Positions 1 to 9,660 are shown, counted from the first letter of the stretch. The stretch is 64,000 nucleotides of DNA from Azovibrio restrictus DSM 23866 (GCF_000429665.1 NZ_AUCH01000018.1:25317-89316), one strand, 5' to 3'. The notes: generated by a model not told the origin, from the sequence alone. Numbers and translations are program-made.

Positions 1-2706
1 TTTCCCGAGGCCCACAGCTTCCGGGTGGCCGATGCCCAGGGCAACTACCTGTTCGATGCCACCGGCCGGCTGGCCAACGTCAACATCGCCGACCGCTCCT
101 ATTTCCGCACCCTGCGCGACCAGCCCGGGGTGGGCCTGGTGGTTTCCGAACCGATGGAATCCCGGGTCACCGGGGACTGGGTGATCGTCTATGCCCGGCG
201 CCTGGAAGACAGCCAGGGCCGCTTTCTCGGCATCGTCCTGGCGGCGGTGCGCAGCAACTTCTTCGAACAGTTCTTCGCGACCCTGCACCTGGGGGAGGGC
301 AGCGTCATCGCCCTGTGGGGCAGCGACATGGAACTGGTGGCCCGCTGGCCCCAGCTGCCCCGGAAGTTGGGACAGCGCCTGGGCGACAGTCCCATCCTCG
401 ATGCCCTGGCAGCAGGCCGGACCGAGGGCAGCTTCCGTCGGGCCGGAGCCCTGGACGGGGTGGAGCGCCTGTTCTACTTCCGCCAGCTGCAGGGGGTGCC
501 CTTCGTGGTCAGTGTCGGTCAGGCCGATGTCCAGGTCCTGGCGGAGTGGCGCCAGCGGGTCAAGGTCTATGCCTTCCTCGGCGCCGTCACCACCCTGGCC
601 ATGGTGCTGCTGGTGCGGGTATGGACCCTGCGCTACCGCCACGCCCTGTCCCTGGCCGAGCAGATGACCCAGGCGGTCAAGGCCAAGAGCCGCGAGGGGC
701 GGGCCCTGCTGGATTCCATCCCCGACCCGGCCTGGCTGCTGGATACGGATGGTCGCTACCTGGCAGTGAATGAGGCCTTCTGCCGCTACAAGGGACAGTC
801 CATGGAAGAGGTGGTGGGGCATACGGTGGACGAGCTGTTTCCCCCCGATGAGGCAGAGCGGCTGCGGCAAGGGCAGCAGGAGGTGTATGCCCGGGGCGGT
901 CCGGTGCGTCAGGAGGTGTGGCTGGACCTGGGCCGGGACCTGGGGCGGCGCCCCTTCGAGTTCCTCCGGGTGCCGGTGTGCGACGAACAGGGGCAGCCCC
1001 GGGGCCTGGCCGGGGTGGCCTGGGACATGTCCGAGCGTTTCGAGGCGGAAGCCCGGCAGCGGCTGATCACCCAGGTCTTTGACCATAGCACCGAGGCCCT
1101 GTTGATCCTGGACGGGCGGATGGAGGCGGTGGCGATCAACCGGGCGTTCACCGAGTTCACCGGCTACCAGCTGGAGGATGTCCTGGGGCACATCCCCCGG
1201 GAGTTCGCCGCCCCCCGGCACGACGGCGCTTTCTTCGACATGATCCGGGAGCGGCTGGCCGAGCAGGGCAGCTGGTCCGGGGAGGCCTGGGTGCGCTGCA
1301 AGAACGGCCTGGAGCGGCCCCTGGAATGCCGGGCCACGCCCATCGTCAATGGGGACCAGGTGGTGAACTGGACCGTGTTCATGCGCGACCTGTCCGAGCG
1401 CAAGGCCGCCGAGGCCCGCATCGACACCCTGACCAACATGGATCCCCTCACGGACCTGCCCAACCGCAGCAGCTTCACCCGCTATCTGGAGGACTGGCTC
1501 GCGGCCGGGGGCGCCGGGGCCCTGCTGGTCCTGGATCTGGATCAGCTGAGCCGGGTCAATGACGCCTATGGCCACGCGGCCGGGGACAAGCTCCTGCGCC
1601 GCATGGGCGGGCGCCTGCGGCGCCTGCTCCGGGAGCGGGACGTGATCGGCCGCCTGGGGGACGACCAGTTCGGCATCCTGTTCGGATTTTCCGGGGTGGA
1701 CCTGCACGGGGTGGAAAGCGTCACCCGCAAGCTCCTGGAGGCCGTGGCCCGGCCCATCCTGATCGAGGGGCATCACGTGGTGTGCACCGCCTGCGTCGGC
1801 ATCTGCCTGGTGCCCCGGGACGGCAAGGAGGCGGCCCTGCTGCTGCGCAATGCCGATGCGGCCATGCACGACGCCAAGAATGCGGGGCAGAACAGCTACC
1901 GCTGCTTCTCCGAAGACATGAACCAGCGGCTCACCGAGCGCCTGCGCCTGGAAAGCGACCTGCGCGGCGCCCTGGAGCGCCGGGAGCTGCGGCTCCATTA
2001 CCAGCCCCAGGTGGAAATCCGCAACGGGCACATTGTCGGCTTTGAAAGCCTGCTGCGCTGGGCCCACCCGGAGCTGGGGCTGATCTCGCCCCTGGCTTTC
2101 ATTCCCCTGGCCGAGGAAACCCGCCTGATCCTGCCCATCGGCGACTGGGTGCTGGAGGAGTCCTGCCGCCAGAACCGGGCCTGGCAGGACCAGGGGCTGC
2201 CTCCCATGGTGGTGGCGGTGAACATCTCCGCCGTGCAGTTCCAGGGCGACATCCTGGTGGACAGCGTCGCCCGGGCCCTGGAAAGATCGGGCCTGGAGGC
2301 CCGCTGGCTGGAGCTGGAAATCACCGAGAGCGTGCTGATGCAGGAGCCGGAGCAGGCGGCCGCCACCCTGGTCCGGCTCAAGGCCCTGGGGGTGCGCCTG
2401 TCCATCGACGATTTCGGCACCGGGTATTCCAGCCTGGCCTACCTGAAGCGCTTCCCCATCGACAAGATCAAGATCGACCGGTCCTTCATCCGCGACCTCT
2501 GCCACGACCCCGACGACGCCGCCATCGTGCGCATGGTCCTGGGCATGGCCCGGGAGCTGCAGCGCACGGTCATTGCCGAAGGGGTGGAAAGCGAAGCCCA
2601 GCTGGGCTTCCTGCTGGCGCACCAGTGCCATGAATACCAGGGTTTCCTGTGCAGCCCGCCGGTTCCGGCGGCCCAGGTGCCCGCCCTGCTGCAACGGCTT
2701 TCCTGA
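1..2706 (+). CDS. Sensor diguanylate cyclase/phosphodiesterase (Cache-like/PAS-GGDEF-EAL), 5' end outside window
   Basis: The reading frame is open from nt 1. A PAS-like segment reads LLDTDGRYLAVNEAFCRYKG. The GGDEF-type domain has a degenerate motif (RLGDDQFGI). The EAL domain shows YQPQV, ESLLRW, DDFGTGYSSL and KIDRSFI. The N-terminal region resembles an extracytoplasmic Cache-type sensor followed by a TM segment (VYAFLGAVTTLAMVLLV). Confidence 0.85.
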   Translation, partial: FPEAHSFRVADAQGNYLFDATGRLANVNIADRSYFRTLRDQPGVGLVVSEPMESRVTGDWVIVYARRLEDSQGRFLGIVLAAVRSNFFEQFFATLHLGEGSVIALWGSDMELVARWPQLPRKLGQRLGDSPILDALAAGRTEGSFRRAGALDGVERLFYFRQLQGVPFVVSVGQADVQVLAEWRQRVKVYAFLGAVTTLAMVLLVRVWTLRYRHALSLAEQMTQAVKAKSREGRALLDSIPDPAWLLDTDGRYLAVNEAFCRYKGQSMEEVVGHTVDELFPPDEAERLRQGQQEVYARGGPVRQEVWLDLGRDLGRRPFEFLRVPVCDEQGQPRGLAGVAWDMSERFEAEARQRLITQVFDHSTEALLILDGRMEAVAINRAFTEFTGYQLEDVLGHIPREFAAPRHDGAFFDMIRERLAEQGSWSGEAWVRCKNGLERPLECRATPIVNGDQVVNWTVFMRDLSERKAAEARIDTLTNMDPLTDLPNRSSFTRYLEDWLAAGGAGALLVLDLDQLSRVNDAYGHAAGDKLLRRMGGRLRRLLRERDVIGRLGDDQFGILFGFSGVDLHGVESVTRKLLEAVARPILIEGHHVVCTACVGICLVPRDGKEAALLLRNADAAMHDAKNAGQNSYRCFSEDMNQRLTERLRLESDLRGALERRELRLHYQPQVEIRNGHIVGFESLLRWAHPELGLISPLAFIPLAEETRLILPIGDWVLEESCRQNRAWQDQGLPPMVVAVNISAVQFQGDILVDSVARALERSGLEARWLELEITESVLMQEPEQAAATLVRLKALGVRLSIDDFGTGYSSLAYLKRFPIDKIKIDRSFIRDLCHDPDDAAIVRMVLGMARELQRTVIAEGVESEAQLGFLLAHQCHEYQGFLCSPPVPAAQVPALLQRLS

Positions 2707-2846
2707 GTTCTCCGGGGCCTGGCGGCGCTTGTCGGGAACCCGACAAAGCCCCCGCCATCCTGGCCCGGGGGCGCGTCCCTGCTGGTTTTCCGGGCTCGGC
2801 GTGAAATTTGCTGTCGTGCTGTGTTCCCCCACAGAGGCCACACAAC

Positions 2847-3692
2847 ATGACACCAGAACTGCGCCAGAAACTCCTTGCCGGTCTTCACGACGGCTCCATC
2901 GTGCCCTACCTGGGCTGCGGCGTCCTGCGGGACGTGGTGGCCGTGGAAGGCGGGCAGCCCATCCCCGCCGACAGCGATTCCCTGATCATCGCCCTGAACG
3001 GCGGCAAGCCCATGTCCCCGAAGCTCATGTACGAGTTCCCCCGGGCCGCCATGAACGTGGAACTGAAGCGGGGTCGCAGCGCCGTGGAGAAATTCCTCAC
3101 CCGCACCTACGGGCAGACCGCCTGGACCCGGGCCCGCCTGCATGACTGGCTCAAGGAAATCCGTCCCCCCTACGTGGTAGACATCAACCGGGATACCCAG
3201 CTGCAGGATTCCTACGCCGGGGTGCCCCACCTGTTGATCATGGGCATCGCCCGCATGGGGGGCACCGACTACCGCTTCAAGCTCTACGAGTACGGGGCGG
3301 AGGGGTACCGGGAGATCGCCCCGGAAGCGGTCAATCCGGCCCTGCCCATCCTCTTCAAGCCCATGGGCTCGCCCGTGCCCAAGCCCAGTTACATCGCCTC
3401 CGACGCGGACTACGTGGATTACATCACCGAGCTGATGGGCGGCTTTTCCATCCCCGGCTTCCTCAAGGAGCGCCGGGTGGGCAAGCAATACCTGCTGATG
3501 GGCCTGCGCCTCAACCGGGACACGGAACGCATGGTCATGGCCGACATCATCTACAGCGCTGGCAGCCCCGCCGGCTGGGTGATGCTCCCCGAACCCAATG
3601 ACAAGGAACGCCGCTTCTGCAAGAAGCTGGGCCTGGAAGTGGTCGAAGCGGACTGGAGCGAGCTGGTGGGCGAAGTCCCGGTAACCGCCTGA
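2847..3692 (+). CDS. Hypothetical protein, possibly SIR2-like/Rossmann-fold (low-confidence function)
   Basis: The ORF runs 2808..3692 with an ATG at 2847 (MTPELRQ). The N-terminal IVPYLGCGVLRD loosely resembles the GAGxS NAD-binding loop of the SIR2_2 family. No firm motif identification is possible by eye. The motif CCACAGAGGCCACACA lies immediately upstream of the start and is related to the downstream tandem repeat. Confidence 0.45.
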   Translation: MTPELRQKLLAGLHDGSIVPYLGCGVLRDVVAVEGGQPIPADSDSLIIALNGGKPMSPKLMYEFPRAAMNVELKRGRSAVEKFLTRTYGQTAWTRARLHDWLKEIRPPYVVDINRDTQLQDSYAGVPHLLIMGIARMGGTDYRFKLYEYGAEGYREIAPEAVNPALPILFKPMGSPVPKPSYIASDADYVDYITELMGGFSIPGFLKERRVGKQYLLMGLRLNRDTERMVMADIIYSAGSPAGWVMLPEPNDKERRFCKKLGLEVVEADWSELVGEVPVTA

Positions 3693-3693
3693 T

Positions 3694-4275
3694 CCAACTT
3701 GTTGATTTAAAACTTGAACCTTTGCCACAGAGGCACAGGGACGCAGAGAAAGTCTTGAAACAGATGCTTGCATGGTTTGCATCGCTCTCCCAGAGGTTGG
3801 GTAGGGAATCCAGGCTGCTTTTCCTCCGTGTCTCTGTGTCTCTGTGGTTCAACTGAGGTTTTGACGTTGAATCAAGCTAGCTGCCTGATTCAGCTTGGTA
3901 ATGTTGAACAGAAACCTTTGCCACAGAGGCACAGAGACGCAGAGAAAGTCATAAAACAGATGTTTGCATGGTTTGCATCGCTCACCCAGAGGCTGGGTAG
4001 GGGAATCCAGGCTGCTTTTCCTCAGTGTCTCCGTGTCTCTGTGGTTCAACTGAGGTTTTAGCGTTCGGTCAAGCTGGATCGCCTGGTCCAACTTGTTAAT
4101 TTAAAACAAAATTTTTCACCATGGAGGCACAGAAGCACAGAGAAAGTCTTAAAAAATGCTTGCATGGTTTGCATCGCTCACCCAGAGGTTGGGTAGGGGA
4201 ATCCAGGCTGCTTTTCCTCCGTGTCTCTGTGTCTCTGTGGTTCAACTAAGGTTTTAACGTTCGATCAAGCGACCA
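3694..4275. repeat. Three tandem copies of a ~196-bp unit, each forming a long imperfect hairpin (arms CCACAGAGGCACAGAGACGCAGAG / CTCCGTGTCTCTGTGTCTCTGTGG) around a conserved ~70-nt core
   Basis: Direct reading gives unit cores at 3725-3847, 3921-4043 and 4119-4240 with more than 90% identity. Each unit is preceded by the AT-rich segment CCAACTTGTT(G/A)ATTTAAAAC. Arm complementarity improves with G:U pairs if the plus strand is transcribed. Confidence 0.8.
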
Positions 4276-4327
4276 GCCTGCCCCAGAAGCCGGCGGTCGC
4301 TTCTTTACATCACCAAGGGAGGTAGAC

Positions 4328-6877
4328 ATGGAAGGCAAGGCCAGGGATCAACTGCAGCACCTGAAGCAGGATTTCATCCCCTACATGGGCAATGTGGCCC
4401 GTTGCGAGCGGGAGCTCACCGAGCTGGATTTCAACTGGCGCATGATCGAGACCATCGCCAAGATGATCTGTCCGGCGGAGGCCAAGAACATCCTGCCCAC
4501 CATGGCCCGCACCCGGGCCGGATTCGCCAAGCTGGAAGCCCAGTTGATGGATAACCTGATTCTGGAGACCATCCGGAAGGTGGTGCTGGAAGTGCGCTCC
4601 AAGGCCCAGGTGGTGGTGGACATCGTCATCCGCAACCTGTTCGAGCGCACCGCTGACGTGGGCTTCCTGGCCACCGACGACAACATCCGCCAGTTCATCC
4701 TGCAGGAGGCCGGGGCCCCCAACAGCGAATGCCTGCGGGCCCGTCTGGCCGAGTACCGGGACAAATACACGGTCTACGACGAGATCATCATCCTCAATAC
4801 CAAGGGGCGGGTGCTGACTCACCTGAACACCGAACATCCCCTGACCGCCTCCGCCGATCCCCTGCTGGCCGAGACCCTGGCTTCCGGCGGCTACGTGGAG
4901 ACCTTCCGGGCCACGGACCTGCGCCCGGGCCAGGACCAGGCCCTGATCTACTCCCAGCGCATCGAGCACCCGGAGAGCGGCGAGCCCATCGGCGTGCTCT
5001 GCCTGTCCTTCAAGTTCGCCGATGAGATGGCCGGCATCTTCCAGCGCCTGGGCACGGGGGACGACCGTTCCGTGCTGCTCTTGCTGGATGAGGCCGGGCG
5101 GGTGATCGCCTCCAGCGACATCCATCACATCCCCCTGGGCTGCAGCCTGGAGATGGTGGAGGGGGATTACGGCATCGTCGCCTTCGGTGGCCGGGAATAC
5201 CTGGCCAAGACATGCGCCACGGCCGGCTACCAGGGCTACCTGGGCATGGGCTGGCGTGGTCACGTGATGGTGCCCCTGAGCTCGGCCTTCAAGGACATCC
5301 AGGGCAAGGCCCTGGACATCATCGGCAAGGACACCCTGGCGGCCATTCTCAGCAATGCCGAACAGTTCTGCCCGGCCCTGGCCGAGATCGCCCGGGACGC
5401 GGACACCATCAACCTGGCCCTGCGCCGGGTGGTGTGGAGCGGTCAGGTGATGGCGGCCGGGGCCTCCAGCGGCAGCGGCGACCTGTCCCGCCTGAAGGTG
5501 ATCCTGCAGCAGATTTCCGAAACCGGGGACCGTACCAGCAAGCTCTTTGCCGACTCCATCCGCGACCTGTACGGCACGGTGATCTCGTCGCTCCTGGCCG
5601 ACGCCCAGTTCATCGCCGGCCTGATGATAGACATCATGGACCGTAACCTCTACGAGCGCGCCAACGACTGCCGCTGGTGGGCCCTGACGCCGGACATCCG
5701 CCGCCTCATGAGCGAGGCGGACTTCACCCCGGAAGCCGTAGACAAGATCAACGCCATCCTGGCCTACATCAACGGGCTGTACACGGTCTATACCCGGCTG
5801 TTCGTCTATGACCTGGCCGGCAACGTGGTGGCCGCCTCGGACTTGCACCAGGACGGCCTGGCCGTGGTGGGGAAAAGGGTGGAGGCCGACTACGTGGCCC
5901 GGGTCTGCCGGCTCCAGTCCTCCCAGCAGTACTGCGTCTCCGCCTTCGAGAAAAGCTGGCTGTACGGCGGCTTTCCCACCTACATCTACAACGCCGCCAT
6001 CCGGCACGTGGAAGATCCGGCCCAGGTGGTGGGGGGCATCGGCATCGTCTTCGACGCCGGGCCCGAATTCCGCAACATGCTCAAGGCCGCCCTGCCCGGC
6101 AAGGAAGGGGCCTTCGCCCTGTTCCTGGACCGTAACGGCATCATCATCTCCACCACCACCGAGACCCAGCCCGTGGGCCGCCGTTTTGCCCTGGACGAAG
6201 GCTACCTGGGCCTGGAAAACGGCGCTGGCCGCTCCTCGGTGATGGAGCTGGAGGGGCAGCTCTACATCGTCGGTGCCCGCATGTCCTCGGGCTACCGGGA
6301 ATACAAGCGCAGCGGCGACTACCAGAACGACATCCTGGCCGCGGTGTTCGTGCCCATCGGCCGCAAGCAGGAGGCGGCCGCCCCGGGGAAGGCCCCGGAA
6401 AGCCTGGCCTTCCCCCTGCCCAAGGGGCGGGAGACGGCGGATTTCGCCACCTTCTACATCGGCCGGCGCCTCTACGCCCTGCCGGCGGCGGCGGTGATTG
6501 ACTCGGTGGACGCAGACGCCATCTCCCCCATGGGCGGCGCCCGCCGCTACCTGGCCGGCATCCTCACCCTGCCCCTGGGAGGCGAGGAGAGCAACAGCAT
6601 CGTGCCGGTGCTGGACATGCACTTCCTCCTCGATCTGCCCGCCGCCGAATCGCGCAACCACATCGTCATCATGCGCACGGCCGGCGGCCCCATCGGCCTG
6701 CTGGTGAGCGACCTGCACCAGGTGCCGGAATTCGACCTGGCCGACGTGGAAGAGGTCCCCGAGATGATCCGCCAGGACACCGGCTACATTGCCAGCGTCA
6801 TCCACCTGCACGAACAGGGCAAGGTGGTCCAGGTTCTGGACCCGGAAAAGATCTTCCAGGCCGCCCGGGCCCACTGA
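4328..6877 (+). CDS. CheW-like domain signal-transduction protein with large duplicated N-terminal sensor-like region
   Basis: A GGAGG RBS sits 6 nt upstream of the ATG. The C-terminal ~150 aa (FYIGRRLYALPAAAVIDSVD ... IVIMRTAGGPIGLLVSDLHQVPEF) is a CheW-like domain. The N-terminal region contains two related modules (LFERTADVGFLATDD / LYERANDCRWWALTPD). The antisense ORF 4310..6874 is spurious. Confidence 0.8.
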   Translation: MEGKARDQLQHLKQDFIPYMGNVARCERELTELDFNWRMIETIAKMICPAEAKNILPTMARTRAGFAKLEAQLMDNLILETIRKVVLEVRSKAQVVVDIVIRNLFERTADVGFLATDDNIRQFILQEAGAPNSECLRARLAEYRDKYTVYDEIIILNTKGRVLTHLNTEHPLTASADPLLAETLASGGYVETFRATDLRPGQDQALIYSQRIEHPESGEPIGVLCLSFKFADEMAGIFQRLGTGDDRSVLLLLDEAGRVIASSDIHHIPLGCSLEMVEGDYGIVAFGGREYLAKTCATAGYQGYLGMGWRGHVMVPLSSAFKDIQGKALDIIGKDTLAAILSNAEQFCPALAEIARDADTINLALRRVVWSGQVMAAGASSGSGDLSRLKVILQQISETGDRTSKLFADSIRDLYGTVISSLLADAQFIAGLMIDIMDRNLYERANDCRWWALTPDIRRLMSEADFTPEAVDKINAILAYINGLYTVYTRLFVYDLAGNVVAASDLHQDGLAVVGKRVEADYVARVCRLQSSQQYCVSAFEKSWLYGGFPTYIYNAAIRHVEDPAQVVGGIGIVFDAGPEFRNMLKAALPGKEGAFALFLDRNGIIISTTTETQPVGRRFALDEGYLGLENGAGRSSVMELEGQLYIVGARMSSGYREYKRSGDYQNDILAAVFVPIGRKQEAAAPGKAPESLAFPLPKGRETADFATFYIGRRLYALPAAAVIDSVDADAISPMGGARRYLAGILTLPLGGEESNSIVPVLDMHFLLDLPAAESRNHIVIMRTAGGPIGLLVSDLHQVPEFDLADVEEVPEMIRQDTGYIASVIHLHEQGKVVQVLDPEKIFQAARAH

Positions 6878-6893
6878 AGCGAGGGAAGCCGGC

Positions 6894-7622
6894 TCAGCCC
6901 GGCGCCCGGATCACCAGCCGGTCACCGCTTCGGGTGACGGGCATGGGGAAGTCGTAACAGTCGGCCCGGGTGGCCAGCTCCAGGTCCGCCGGGGGCAGGT
7001 GTTCCCAGCTGCCGGCGCTGAAGCGGCGGCCAAAGTCCGAGGCCCTTACCCGGGCGATGTAGGGAGCCGGGTCCGTGGCCGGGTCCCGGAGCAGGGCCTC
7101 CAGGTAGTCGGCGCAGGCCAGGTCCTCGTCCCCGTCCCGGTCCACCCATTCCCCGGTGATCACGAAACACACGGCCCGGGTGCCGTCGGCCCGGATCGCC
7201 GCCGCCGTGGCCCGGGCGCACACCAGGCTGGCCGCATAGAGCCGGCGGGCCTGGCGAAAACGCTGCAGTCCCCGCACCCCGGCGGCCGTGCTCAGCACCA
7301 CTTCGCGGCCCGCCAGTTCCTCCTGCAGCAGGGCGGCGGGGGAACTGCCCCGGTCGAAACCGGGCATGGGGGCGCCGCCGCCCACGGCGCCCACCCGCAA
7401 GGGCTGCGGCAGTTCCGTCGCCAGCAGCTGGGCCGCCGCCGCTCCCTCCACCGGATAGATGGCCCGGGCGCCCCGGGCCAGGGCCACCGCCGCCGTGGTG
7501 AAGGAGCGGAGCACGTCGATGACCACCACCGTATCCCGGGCGGCGGCCTGGTTCTGCAGTCGGTTCAGGTAGAGGCGGGAACATTCCATGGCAAACAGCC
7601 CCGGAGGCGACGCCCCGAGCAT
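6894..7622 (-). CDS. 2-phosphosulfolactate phosphatase (ComB) family protein
   Basis: The motif VVVIDVLRSFTTAAVAL is characteristic of the ComB family. Length is ~240 aa. The start may be the internal Met (MECSRLY, 7589). Confidence 0.65.
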   Translation of the reverse strand: MLGASPPGLFAMECSRLYLNRLQNQAAARDTVVVIDVLRSFTTAAVALARGARAIYPVEGAAAAQLLATELPQPLRVGAVGGGAPMPGFDRGSSPAALLQEELAGREVVLSTAAGVRGLQRFRQARRLYAASLVCARATAAAIRADGTRAVCFVITGEWVDRDGDEDLACADYLEALLRDPATDPAPYIARVRASDFGRRFSAGSWEHLPPADLELATRADCYDFPMPVTRSGDRLVIRAPG

Positions 7623-7703
7623 ACCGGCTGCAGGGACGGGCGGCCAGGGGCGGGAGCGTGGCAGGAACTGGAGGATCGGAGGGCGCGGTGGAAGGTTAGC
7701 GCC

Positions 7704-8066
7704 TTACCAGACTGTCCATTCTCCGGTTTGCCAGTTGAACAGCACCAGACCGTCCGAGTCGGACAGTTCGGTGGCATCCTGGAGCATCTCGAAGAGGACG
7801 TCTTCTTCGCCTTCCGGGGGTGACACGGAAAATGTGATTTCCGTGTCGAATAGGGAGACCCGGATCAGGCTCTCTGCCTCGGTTTTGGCAAATACCCGCG
7901 CTGCTGGAACTGTCTCCAGGGGCTGGTAGCCATACAGTTCCAGCCGCTCCACAAAGCTGTCCACGTCAGCTTTTGCAAGGGGAGTATGTGCAAAGGCATC
8001 AAGCTCGAATCCCGCATCAACTTTCTGTTTCACGTCCGGGTGATAAATGGAAAGGTCGTAACTCAT
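7704..8066 (-). CDS. Hypothetical acidic small protein (120 aa)
   Basis: It is a clean ORF with noticeably lower GC than its surroundings. No recognisable motif and a weak RBS. Confidence 0.4.
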   Translation of the reverse strand: MSYDLSIYHPDVKQKVDAGFELDAFAHTPLAKADVDSFVERLELYGYQPLETVPAARVFAKTEAESLIRVSLFDTEITFSVSPPEGEEDVLFEMLQDATELSDSDGLVLFNWQTGEWTVW

Positions 8067-8180
8067 CCTGGCGGCTTCTCGGGGCGGTGGCGGAATATTC
8101 GAGAATCATAGTGTCCGGCCGTCAACTTGAATAGCTGGAGGGGCGATTGCAGGGGCTGGGGGCTTGCCTCCCGCCGGGCT

Positions 8181-9116
8181 TCAGCGTCCGGCTGGGGAGC
8201 CGGCCAGCAGGGATAGGGCCTGGTCCCGGCAGCGGGTGGCGGCGGTCTTGTCCAGGGCCTTGAGCCAGCGGGGGGGGATGTGGGCGTGGCCGTACCAGGC
8301 GCCGGCCAGGGCGCCGAGGATGGCGCCGGTGGTGTCCGCGTCGCCGCCCCGGTTGACCACGTCGATGAGGCAGCTTTCGAAGCTGTCGGTGGCGAAGAAG
8401 GCCTGGAACACGGCCTGCAGGGTGTGCACCACGTAGCCGCTGGGATTTTCCTGGGGCCTGGTGTTTTCCCAGGCGTATTCGGGGAACTGGGTGACCAGGG
8501 CCCGGGCCCGGGCTTTCAGCCCGGTCCAGGGGGCGCCGAGGATGGCGTCCTGGATCATCAGGGTGAGGCAGATGCCGCCCGCGTCGGACAGGGGGTTGTT
8601 GTGGGTCACGTGGGCCTGGGTCCGGAAGGCGGCAGCCACCTGGGCCTCCTCCTGGCCCAGGGTGGCCAGGGCCACGGGCAGGGCGCGCATGATGGCGCCG
8701 TTGCCCGCATCGTGTTCGCTTTCCGGGGCTTCGGGGATGCCGGTGCGGCGAAAGTGCACCAGGTTGCGGCGCACCGTGTTGCCGATATCCACGGGTTTGG
8801 CGCGCATCCAGGCGTCGAAGGCCTGGGCCGAGGCCAGGGCTTCCACCTGGCCGGCGCTGGCCAGGATGGCTTCTCCCAGGGCCAGGCTCATGGTGGTGTC
8901 GTCGGTGACCTGGCCGGGCTTCAGGTGCAGCCAGCCGCCCCCGGTGATGTCTTTGTGCAGGCCCCCCTGGCGGCTGAACTGCTGCCGGATTTCCCGGGGG
9001 GTGAGGAATTCCACGGTGGCGCCCAGGGCGTCCCCCAGGGCGAGGCCCAGGTAGGCCCCCAGGGCCCGCTCGCCCAGGAGTTCGGGCTCAGGTTTCCGGG
9101 GCAAAGCACTTGGCAT
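8181..9116 (-). CDS. draG: ADP-ribosyl-[dinitrogen reductase] glycohydrolase DraG (ADP-ribosylglycohydrolase family)
   Basis: Motifs LGLALGDALGATVEF, DDTTM, GNGAIMR and GGDADTTGAI match the ADP-ribosylglycohydrolase family. The gene lies in a nif context directly after nifQ. The start is ambiguous (ATG at 9116 or 9155), and both overlap the nifQ 3' end. Confidence 0.8.
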   Translation of the reverse strand: MPSALPRKPEPELLGERALGAYLGLALGDALGATVEFLTPREIRQQFSRQGGLHKDITGGGWLHLKPGQVTDDTTMSLALGEAILASAGQVEALASAQAFDAWMRAKPVDIGNTVRRNLVHFRRTGIPEAPESEHDAGNGAIMRALPVALATLGQEEAQVAAAFRTQAHVTHNNPLSDAGGICLTLMIQDAILGAPWTGLKARARALVTQFPEYAWENTRPQENPSGYVVHTLQAVFQAFFATDSFESCLIDVVNRGGDADTTGAILGALAGAWYGHAHIPPRWLKALDKTAATRCRDQALSLLAGSPAGR

Positions 9117-9660
9117 GGTCGGCGCACTCGCCACAGGAGGGGGCAGGGCAGACATAGATGCCGTCCCGGGTGCAGTAGTGGCGGTAGATGAACTTCTTCC
9201 ACTTCATGTCCCCGGTGTTCTGGCGGGCCAGGGCGGGGAAGGCATGGAACAGCAGGTGGGAGAGTTCGCCCCGGTCGGCCAGGCCCAGGTCCTGCCACAG
9301 GTGGTCGCGGCCGGCGCAGGCCACGGCGACGATGAAGGCCAGCCAGATGTCGGAGGGAAAGCGGCCGGCCCGGTGTTCCAGGAGCAGGGCCACCAGATCC
9401 TGGCGCTCGGGGATGTCTTCCACGGCCTGGTCGGGCAGGGGCGGACGGGGGCCGGGAAAGTAGGCGTTCCAGAGGCAGTCCAGCTCCGCCGGGGGCAGGC
9501 CCAGGCTGGCGGGCAGGGCGCCTTCCTGGCACAGGCGGCCGGCCAGCAGGCTGGCCAGCACCGGGCGGTTGGGGTCGCCGGCCACGGCGGCGGCGGCAGG
9601 ACGGGAGAGCAGTTCGGCCCAGATCAGGCGGCGCTGGTTGGCGATGGAAAAGGCGTTCAT
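9088..9660 (-). CDS. nifQ: Nitrogen fixation protein NifQ (FeMo-cofactor Mo donor)
   Basis: It is ~190 aa with the C-terminal Cys cluster CPAPSCGECADHAKCF typical of NifQ. An AGGAG RBS precedes the ATG at 9660. The gene sits in the nif operon. Confidence 0.8.
   Translation of the reverse strand: MNAFSIANQRRLIWAELLSRPAAAAVAGDPNRPVLASLLAGRLCQEGALPASLGLPPAELDCLWNAYFPGPRPPLPDQAVEDIPERQDLVALLLEHRAGRFPSDIWLAFIVAVACAGRDHLWQDLGLADRGELSHLLFHAFPALARQNTGDMKWKKFIYRHYCTRDGIYVCPAPSCGECADHAKCFAPET

Noticed and set aside
2439-3782. 447-aa minus-strand ORF
   Set aside because: It is antisense to the EAL domain and the SIR2-like gene. It has no domains and a compositionally biased product.
3694-4275. CRISPR array
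   Set aside because: The repeat period is ~196 bp with near-identical full-length units. It lacks the 28-37-bp repeats and unique spacers of CRISPR, and no cas genes are present.
4310-6874. 854-aa ORF on minus strand
   Set aside because: It is antisense to the CheW-domain gene. The product is Gly/Ala/Arg/His-rich low complexity typical of high-GC antisense frames, with no motifs.
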